From assembly GCA_030704615.1 (NCBI GenBank), contig JAKLZA010000138.1, positions 1-9,000 on the forward strand: 9,000 nucleotides of DNA, written 5' to 3'. The notes beneath the pieces were generated by a model that saw only the letters and a list, made by a program, of their open reading frames with translations, searched no databases and had not been told where the DNA came from. The position numbers and the translations under genes are program-made. This stretch comes from Takakia lepidozioides. Its lineage: Eukaryota; Plantae; Bryophyta. Below, one piece after another: positions 1 to 7,144 of this stretch; positions within the stretch are counted from its first letter, which is position 1, and each line of letters begins with the position of its first letter.

Positions 1-582
1 ATGAACGACAGAGCGATAGATAGAAGTCCTATGAAAAGACTCACCCTAAAGCAAGAAGAGGACACAGAATGGAATGGAAACACCGCAGCAAGTGAGAACC
101 TCACCAAGCCGATGAACTTCGAGTTGTTACGAAGGCGAGCGTGTTTGCGACGCTTCGCGCCTCACTGCGACTCTCCACACCTGGGGAAGAACGGTCGTCT
201 TTCGTTACGGTGATGGAAACGCAAAGAGGAAAACAAAGCAGTGCAAAACTGTGCGAAGAAACATGCGCGAAGAGAATGGAGAAAGTAGAAGTAGAAGGAG
301 GAAAGCGGGCATGGCACTGCCAACGTGGCGCGATTTCACAGGCGCCAACTATCCGCCGTCATCGCATTGAATACGTCCACCGAACGAACGGATCGTACTA
401 AATTCATTCACGCTCCTCGCAAGTGCAGCAGACTCATTTCCCATCGGGCCGAGAGTCCAGCGGACCGCCAGTCCAGCGGACTATTCGCTTTGCTGAGGCG
501 AAGCGGCTTCATATTGGAGGCACTTCCCTGCCAGCGGAATGAAGACAAAAGAGAGTAAGGGGAGAACAGGAAAGTCGAACAC

Positions 583-926
583 ACCCATTGCGAACAGACT
601 CGCGGCACAACAGACTGATGTATGCACAGTCCAACAGACTGATATCCATAGAGGAGAACTGTCCAGCAGACGGACGTTTCGCCAGACTGGCGGGAGAACA
701 AGCCAAAAGACTGACCGGAGGGAAAATAAGAAGTCAAACAGACTTAGTGCAACAGACTTCTGACACAACAGACTGACAAATTCACAAGTGCAACAGACTG
801 CTATCCCAACAGACGGACTTCCAGCAGACCGCCTCCAAACTGACTGTTATGCACGCGATAAGGGAAATATCCGGAGCACTGACGGGCCAGCGGACCCACT
901 GTGAACAGACTCGCGACACAACGGAC
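583..926. repeat. 33-bp imperfect direct repeat (583-615 and 894-926) bracketing a CAGAC-motif cluster
   Basis: ACCCATTGCGAACAGACTCGCGGCACAACAGAC versus ACCCACTGTGAACAGACTCGCGACACAACGGAC: 29/33 identical, and all differences are transitions. Confidence 0.85.
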
Positions 927-1027
927 CTCAAACATCCACGCGCATTTACAGATGAAATTGTCTCAGACATCTCCCGTCGTGGCTCAGACATCTGCATTCA
1001 GCAGGTTCGTGTGGATGTTTGAGGACC
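923..1027. repeat. 20-bp inverted repeat (923-942 / 1008-1027)
   Basis: GGACCTCAAACATCCACGCG versus the reverse complement of CGTGTGGATGTTTGAGGACC (GGTCCTCAAACATCCACACG): 18/20. The loop contains CTCAGACATCT twice. Confidence 0.85.
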
Positions 1028-1224
1028 TTACGACTGGATGGTGTTCCGTGACGACTCGAATTGTTTTTTTGTGCTGCCATCCCTTATATAATACCATGTG
1101 GATCCATCACGAAGCTGGGTTTCTTCAGATTCTCTACCCTTTTCCACAACTTATGTACAACGGATACAAGCCACTATACTTGGTCACATAAACAGTCCCA
1201 TCGTCCGATACGAAATCTGCAATA

Positions 1225-1493
1225 TACGCCCCCATGTGCATACGCTTCCACCATTTTCGCGCCCATGTTACCCATGGGTTCCTTTAACGAACTAAACTTG
1301 TGAAGGCTCTCATGAGGGATGCAGTACGAAGGGGCTAAACGTATCATGACGGATCACAAGCAGAGGACGTTATCGACGACAGATGTCCGCATTTTCCATA
1401 TTTATGACATAGAACCAAACCATAAAACGAAGGTTCCCGAAAGCACAACAAGAAGGCAAAAATAGTGGAAGCATATGCACGATGGTGGCTGTA
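1225..1493. repeat. About 36-bp imperfect inverted repeat (1225-1260 / 1456-1493)
   Basis: Core GTGCATACGCTTCCACCATTTTCGC versus the reverse complement of 1456-1480, GTGCATATGCTTCCACTATTTTTGC: 22/25. It shows up as AYASTIFA in both a plus-strand and a minus-strand ORF. Confidence 0.85.
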
Positions 1494-2711
1494 GTGCCCA
1501 GACAGTCCTCTCATGTTCAAGCACACGTTTCATCATCATCATGAACATCGCGCGCAAAAGATGAACAGTCGCGTGCATGGAAACGCCTACCGCAACATCG
1601 GACAACAAACAGCCGTCAATAGAGAGCGGCCGGGATTTGGTCGGAAGATCATTGTCATTTTCGCAGCCCTAAAAATGGAGGGCTCGGATGGGTTATGGGA
1701 AATGGACGGTGGCGATCCTGCGCCGTCATCGGACTGGATGGCAGGGGACTGGCCAGCGGACTGGCGGGCAGACTGGCGGACGAGGGCGCAGGCGCGGTTG
1801 TTGCAGCCGCGCCCGCGGCTGGGCGAGCGGGGTGCTGGGGAGCCGGGCGTCCGTGCGCGGGGCCCACCGGCCACATCGCACGTGCCCATTGAAGACCCTA
1901 TTATCTTAAAATGAGAAGCCAACAGGTGTAAGGCACAATATTAGGACGATATTACAGTGAAATAAATGCATGGAACTCATGCAAGCCCTGCCGTACAGTA
2001 ATTATGCATAGGTAGTAAAAAATCTGGAAGATCACATAATTAATCAAGGTAACAAGATTTGAGCCCTGAATCACCCAGGTGGCACGCACAATAATATCCA
2101 ATGGAATTTCATTTATGGCATGCACAAGAAGTTGAACGGATGTCATTCATTAAATGACAGAATATTCTCTTGACAACTGTCTCGATCGAATTGGAAGTCT
2201 AATCGAAAGTATCGGTGCTAAAGCAGCTGAAACCATTGCGTAGTCCTGCCTTAGGAAGGCAGGGCCAACAAACAAGGGAGTCTCAACCACTTCAATTCAC
2301 AGAACACCGAAACACCCTGACATCGTTGTTGCAAGTTCATGCTCAAAGACGTAGTGCATTAATATGAACTTCTCGAGGATAGGCAACTTTGATACCATCT
2401 CTGAACCCTCTTTGTCCGACTATATTAACTGATTCAATTTTGCACCATATCGTAATTCACGCTGGTGTCTCCGAAAACACTTGAGGCAGTGCTAATCTTC
2501 AAAATGCGGATTTTGCATTCAGATTTACAAAATGATCCTCCAGATGGGATCAGTTTCCAGGGTCCAGTCAACGAGGTGATCGTGCAAAGTCAGAAATTGG
2601 CGATCCAGACGACAAAAGTTTGAAGAACTACTACTGTACAACATGATCCAACGTGCTTACACGTATATCTACGAAGTTTCGGCCAGGCGTTAGACATCGG
2701 TTAAGTTGTTG

Positions 2712-3206
2712 CTAGATCATGGAGTTTCTGCACATGGGGCAAGTAATGTGACCAGTTTCCAGCCAACTATTCACACAAGCGGGATGAAACCTATGACCAC
2801 ATGCCGTGGTGTAGTGGGAATCTTGCGAGGAAGAAGTTAAGTCCTCATAGCAGATGGGGCATTCTCCATTATTCCCATTCCTGAGAGACCTATTGCTCGG
2901 TAACTTCCTGCTGGTGATGATAAGTCTGCTCCACTCTGCAGTGTTCCTGCCTCCTTCTTCATGAAACCGTTCATACTTGCTGCCAGCCATCTGCCAGTGG
3001 CTCATCATGTCAATGGAATATGCTCCTGTCTGGCGGCCCTCAAACATCCACAAGCACTTGCGGAATGCACATGTCTCAGCCACGACCGTCTCCTTGCAAA
3101 CTGGGCAATGTACCTGCTCCTCTTTGTTGAAAACGGTGAAGCCCTTTCTGCAGATAACCCACTGCTCATAGGCACTGTGTCTGGGTAGTGCATCGCCCTT
3201 CAACAT
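2712..3206 (-). CDS. C-terminal part: Cys/Trp-rich domain plus RING-H2 zinc finger (2861-2730)
   Basis: CPIC-x16-CGHRFHPAC-x11-CPMC is a canonical C3H2C3 RING-H2 with the conserved W (VNSWL). It is preceded by CPVC...TCAFRKCLWMFEG...W...YERF...W. The first 10 or so residues of this ORF are probably out-of-frame sequence. Confidence 0.88.
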   Translation of the reverse strand: MLKGDALPRHSAYEQWVICRKGFTVFNKEEQVHCPVCKETVVAETCAFRKCLWMFEGRQTGAYSIDMMSHWQMAGSKYERFHEEGGRNTAEWSRLIITSRKLPSNRSLRNGNNGECPICYEDLTSSSQDSHYTTACGHRFHPACVNSWLETGHITCPMCRNSMI

Positions 3207-3771
3207 TTAAACCCTCCTCCGAGACCCTCCAATTCGGTGCCTTCTTGCTGATAGCGATTTTTACGCGGTTCTCCAGGTCAACAAAGCAAGTTGAATCAGT
3301 TTCAGCTGGCTCCTGTTTCATCCTAGCACCACCACGCAACCTCCCCGCCAGACGAACGGTACATCCTGATTCCAAGTTGTACTCTCTCAAGGTCGAGTCA
3401 TCCTTTGTGAGTTGCTTGCCACCATATGTCAAGGATTGTTCTCGGGATGACATGCCTTCATGACCCTCGATTGCATTCTTCAATTCAAGGAGCGTGCATT
3501 CGTCCGATGCTAAATAGACCTGCAATGTCTGCCGCATGAGGGTCCTTACATTTACGCAGATACCATTGGGTATGACTTGGGGTCGAATCCTCGTATGCAC
3601 TGCAAATCGTGGAGGGCCAATATTCCGGAGATCAGGAAGGAGGAAAGAAAGTTCTCGAGCATCGTCGTCCAGGCAGACTCCTCGATAAAGCACTTCTATC
3701 ACGTCGAGGCCTTTCTGAGAAGCTATGATCTCCTTCAGTTGGCCCACTGTTGCACAGTCCTCGAACTTCAC
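3166..3771 (-). CDS. N-terminal part: divergent UBL plus a ubiquitin-like domain (3561-3328) ending RLRGG, then the start of the Cys-rich domain
   Basis: ICVNVRTLMRQTLQV...LKNAIEGHEG...QSLTYGGKQLTKDDSTLREYNLESGCTVRLAGRLRGG aligns by eye with ubiquitin (TL, K27, EG, GKQL, TLxxYN, RLRGG). The upstream ATVGQLKEII...VLYRGVCLDDD segment resembles a second, more divergent beta-grasp UBL. The listed GTG start is probably not the true start. Confidence 0.85.
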   Translation of the reverse strand: MKFEDCATVGQLKEIIASQKGLDVIEVLYRGVCLDDDARELSFLLPDLRNIGPPRFAVHTRIRPQVIPNGICVNVRTLMRQTLQVYLASDECTLLELKNAIEGHEGMSSREQSLTYGGKQLTKDDSTLREYNLESGCTVRLAGRLRGGARMKQEPAETDSTCFVDLENRVKIAISKKAPNWRVSEEGLNVEGRCTTQTQCL

Positions 3772-5669
3772 GTGAAAGAAACCCTGAAACCTCCTCCAAT
3801 ATTGCTAACCTTAAGAAACGTTATCGCCCGCGCTTGCCGATGGCTCCTCTGAACTGCTGCGTTGCTCTTCTGATGTGGCGTGCTCCTGAGTGTTAATTTC
3901 GAAACATGTCAACATGCAGCCTAGAAAAGAAGCTACTTTGTCCAGATGTTTAATCAGGGACATTGCCCGCTTGACCTGTGATGCAATAAAAGAAAACCTC
4001 TGATCGACTTACGGTTCTCAAACAATCCACCAATCTAGTATAAGTCTGCAGGGCCTCGAGTGTTTCTACTGCGATACGTCTGCAGCTGGATACAATCTAG
4101 TAGCTGACAATGGTGATCTTTCAAAGTCATACATGCATATGAAGTATAGACGAACCTAATAAGAAGCGGCTCTGGACGTGTACTCCGGGTGCTCGACCTC
4201 AGTTGCCTCATCTTGTTCCACCACTGTAAGCTCTGCAGCCTTAATTTGCTATTACGAGTACTGGTCTTCGAGGTTCAAGTAACCCCCACACACTTTTGCA
4301 ATTTAGACACGGCAAACTTCTATGCTGCCAAGGAGACAGAGATGCAAAAAGGTAGATGTGGAAGTAAGACAGCCTTGACTTAAATAAGTGAGATTATAGT
4401 AGAGGACTGAAGATTCTTAGTCACGAAATTTGTAGACGGGAGAAGGGAACAATCTGCTCAGGGATTGAGGTAGAGAATGCAAGTATTGATAATAAGTGAG
4501 GCACCTGAACAGAGGCGGCAAGTGTTCGTAAGGCCGGTCCATGAGGTAAGTCCACTATGCTTCAGGAGAGAGCCCCGCTGTCTCAAGTGGTGTTCGTTTT
4601 TACGGCTAGCCTGCTGACCCGGAAGATGTTGACTATTAGCCCAAAACTGTACACATCAGGACTCATCAACAGGCTGTGACCAAGTGTACATTCAATGACC
4701 TTCAAAGCTCAACCTCCCGGACTAGCTAACGAAATTGACAAATATCGTTCCTGTTATGTGACAGGGTGAGAATTACACTACTCGCTCGAGTTCATGTCTC
4801 CATGGCCATTCGCAACTTGTTTCCAAGAAAATTTCGTTGAGTACTGGACCACGTCATAATTGTTTTCAACATTTACAAAAACGTTCCAAACAGGAAGGCA
4901 GCACTCTAAAATGGTCGTTTCTATCTAGAACAAGCGATTTTAGACCGTCGGGCTTATGCAAAGTCTACTTGTTCAGAACAAAGAGACGGCTATGCATGAG
5001 AAGCACCTTCTATTGGTTCTCGGGGAAGTAGGGTTTAGATGGATGATCCTTCAGGACTTTTCCAGCAACCAATCATGTGCAATGAGTACATCGCTTCAGT
5101 ATTACCCCATGCCCCTCCGGGATATTCCATCAAACTAGAAAGAGAACATATGAGGAGACTTAGAACTCGTTACAGACGAAAGCCCAACTCTGAAGATGTG
5201 ATGCTGGTGTCCGGCCGCCCAACGCAAAGGCACTCCTCTTTTTTCTCAAGCTCAAAACCCACCAGCACTTTCGACTGTTCCGGATCGGCAAACACCGAGA
5301 TTTGGCACGATACTAACCGCTGATATTGTCGACAGACTTTTTATGTGCTTCCGAAGAATAAAAGCCCAAGCAGCACTTGTAGTCATCTAGCTACTCGTGA
5401 ACAATGCACTGCCCTCCTATAGCATCCCATCCTTGTAAGTTGTATGGTCGATTATCGGGCCCATCACGGCATTCAAGAGTTGCTCTTGGAGTCCGTCACA
5501 GACTGAGGTCATACCTGAAGTCTTCTGAATCAGTGCAAGCTGTGATTCAGTTAACACCTCCTGGGCACGCGCATGCGTTGAGTTTATGGTGCTAGAATTG
5601 CATTGTGAGATCTTTGAATCATAACTGGGAGTATCAAACTTTAACGAAAGTACATGTTCTACATGCATT

Positions 5670-6058
5670 GCTTCTCAATTGCTCAATTCTGTTCGTTGTT
5701 TCAAATGCCTCCTCCACTATATTATGGGGTAACATATCCACTTTCTTTTGCAACTCTGGTCTTAGTCCACTCACAACTGTAAACTTGGTGCTGGTACAGC
5801 AGCCAGCTTTTTCATCATCAATTCCATTTTTTCCATATACTCCTCAACAATTTCATGCTTCTTTTGCTTTAACTGTTGTAAACTTCCATACACTTCATCC
5901 TCAGTTTTACTTGTCCTGAACCTATTTCGGAATGTTGTATTTAAAATGCACTGAGTTGAGTGAAATCGACACTTTTTGAAAGGAACATGTAGATCTAATT
6001 CCGAGAGTAACCGAGCTTTAAGGTTTGCTTTCTTACATAAACCTTTTGCTGATCTCAA
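5670..6058 (-). mobile_element. gag: Degenerate Ty3/Gypsy LTR-retrotransposon gag fragment (Retrotrans_gag-like)
   Basis: FRNRFRTSKTEDEVYGSLQQLKQKKHEIVEEYMEKMELMMKKL matches the gag F-x-x-RF...L-x-x-L-x-Q...E-x-V-x-EY pattern. After a frameshift near 5775 the other frame continues SGLRPELQKKVDMLPHNIVEEAFETTNRIEQ, the typical GLxxEL...EEA...RIE continuation. No recognisable pol domains follow. Confidence 0.75.
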
Positions 6059-6286
6059 CAGAGTTTGGTGGCCTGACTATATAACTCCCGTCCCCCAGGG
6101 TCCACAGAAACAGTGACTGCACGGACTTCTAGGACGTTATCTGCGAGAAAGCCAGTGAGTCATATCGATTGTGTGGACAGGCCATGATACAGTTGATTGC
6201 ACTGCTGGAGAACATGAGATATTTCCCGTAGTAGAATTTCTCAAATTGACCTAGCACATACATATAACAAGCGGCTCCGCCACAAG

Positions 6287-6866
6287 AGGCTCTGTCCTTT
6301 GGTGATTTTGTGGTTGTTCTTTTATACTTTTTGTAGGGCTTCATGAATCATTCCCATCAACCCTCCATAGACTAGGCTTAATGGATAAGCCTAGTTCTCT
6401 CCCTAAAGATGTATCCACTATGCCTCTATCCCTTGCGGGTCCCATCAGCCCTCTCCAGACTAGTCTCTCTCTAGGCTTAATGGATAAGCCCGGTTCTCCG
6501 CCTAGGCAAGAAGTCTCCACAATGCCTCTATCCCTTGCGGGTCCATCAACCCTCTAAAGACTAGGCTCTCTCTCTCTCTAGGCTTAATGGATAAGCCTGG
6601 TTCTCCGCCTAGGCAAGAAGTCTCCACAATGCCTCTATCCCTTACGGTCCCATCACCTTCTAAAGACTAGGGCTCTCTCTCTCTAGGCTTAATGGATAAG
6701 CCGAGTTCTCTCCCTAAAGATGTCTCCACAATGCATCTATCCCTTGTGGGTCCCATCAACCCTCTAATGACTAGGCTCTCTCTATCTCTCTCTAGGCTTA
6801 ATGGATAAGCCTAGTTCTCTGTCTCCGCCTAGGCAAGAAGTCTCCACAATGCCTGGGACAGAGCCA
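6287..6866. mobile_element. Putative non-autonomous element, cassette A (580 bp), with terminal inverted repeats and 5-bp flanking direct repeats
   Basis: Left end AGGCTCTGTCC (6287-6297) and right end GGACAGAGCCA (6856-6866). ACAAG occurs on both sides (6282-6286 and 6867-6871). It contains five of the 100-bp hairpin cores and no transposase. Confidence 0.45.
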
Positions 6867-7132
6867 ACAAGTGGCTCTGTCCTTTGGTGATTTTGTGGTT
6901 GTTCTTTTATACTTTTTGTAGGGCTTCATGAATCATTCCCATCAACCCTCCATAGACTAGGCTTAATGGATAAGCTTAGTTCTCTCCCTAAAGATGTATC
7001 CACTATGCCTCTATCCCTTGCGGGTCCCATCAACCCTCTAAAGACTAGGCTCTCTCTCTAGGCTTAATGGATAAGCCTAGTTCTCCGTTCTCCCACTAGG
7101 CAAGAAGTCTCCACAATGCCTCTATCCCTTGC
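6352..7132. repeat. Tandem repeat array, about 99-109 bp unit, 7 copies (5 + 2), with a variable (CT)n tract
   Basis: The invariant 19-mer CTAGGCTTAATGGATAAGC occurs at 6372, 6471, 6578, 6683, 6792, 6957 and 7058 (spacings 99, 107, 105, 109, 165, 101). The intervening sequence is also repeated (TCCACAATGCCTCTATCCCTTGCGGGTCCCATCAACCCTCTAAAGACTAGG). Confidence 0.95.
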
Positions 7133-7144
7133 AAGACAGAGCCA
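6872..7144. mobile_element. Putative non-autonomous element, cassette B (273 bp), head-to-tail copy of cassette A
   Basis: Left end TGGCTCTGTCC (6872-6882) and right end GACAGAGCCA (7135-7144), followed by ATAAA (ACAAG with two transitions). Positions 6873-7032 match 6288-6447 with one mismatch in 160 bp. Confidence 0.45.

Larger units (their letters stand above)
1..1956 (-). mobile_element. Possible LTR or non-coding part of a retrotransposon (motif-rich block, likely continuing beyond the window start)
   Basis: About 15 CAGAC-type motifs lie in 428-990, and CCAGCGGA occurs at 457, 473, 531, 887 and 1753. There is a 33-bp direct repeat, two long inverted repeats and a GC-rich stretch at about 1700-1885. 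The minus strand has TATATAAG at 1090-1083 and a candidate LTR-like start TGTAAT at 1956, after which the sequence becomes more AT-rich. No second LTR or clear PBS is seen, so the class assignment is inference. Confidence 0.35.
2712..3915 (-). pseudogene. Frameshifted gene for a tandem ubiquitin-like (UBL-UBL-RLRGG) / Cys-rich / RING-H2 fusion protein, putative E3 ubiquitin ligase; young pseudogene or assembly error
   Basis: ORFs 3166-3771 and 2712-3206 overlap and join into one protein if TG is restored between 3178 and 3177 (minus strand TGC ACT ACC CAG ACA [TG]C AGT GCC TAT = CTTQTCSAYEQWVI). An ATG at 3915 is in frame with the 3771 ORF and lies 6 nt after a splice-acceptor-like TCTTTTCTAG (3930-3921). 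In-frame TAA (3813-3811) and TAG (3807-3805) intervene. The stop is TAG at 2714-2712. The 5' end is the least certain part. Confidence 0.7.

Noticed and set aside
1085-1099. tRNA-Met primer-binding site after an LTR end (minus strand ...CACA TGGTATTATATA)
   Set aside because: It matches TGGTATCAGAGC at only 8/12 and overlaps an equally good TATA-like motif. No gag follows.
1-1922. The many overlapping 60-133 aa ORFs, including 1513-1914 with DWxA repeats and a His run
   Set aside because: They have no recognisable domains. Their low-complexity peptides follow directly from CAGAC/GACTGG DNA motifs and high GC content on both strands.
3166-3206. Programmed ribosomal frameshift between the two ORFs
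   Set aside because: There is no slippery heptamer, and a simple TG deletion explains both the frame change and the missing cysteine.
2961-3852. Plus-strand ORFs 2961-3188, 2977-3171, 3188-3463 and 3577-3852, and minus-strand ORF 3005-3193
   Set aside because: These are antisense or alternate-frame shadows of the UBL-RING gene.
4031-4102. CAATCTAGTA twice and GTCTGCAG twice upstream of the UBL gene
   Set aside because: They are too short to distinguish from chance or to assign as regulatory sites.
4156-5600. ORFs 4189-4383, 4837-5031, 4956-5138, 5039-5323 and 5404-5595, and a short acidic minus-strand peptide (IKAAELTVVEQDEATEVEHPEY)
   Set aside because: They are short with no recognisable motif. 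They could be decayed coding sequence, but I cannot support a call.
5605-5919. Hydrophobic 104-aa plus-strand ORF
   Set aside because: It is the antisense shadow of the A-rich gag remnant.
6372-7080. CRISPR array (regularly spaced palindromic repeats)
   Set aside because: The sequences between the palindromes are near-identical to one another and about 80 bp long rather than unique spacers. There are no cas genes and the context is eukaryotic.
6287-7144. Tourist/PIF-Harbinger MITE (GGCTCTGT-like ends) or Helitron 3' ends (CTAG plus hairpin)
   Set aside because: There is no TAA/TTA target duplication. The CTAGs are part of the stems rather than about 10 nt downstream of a GC-rich hairpin.
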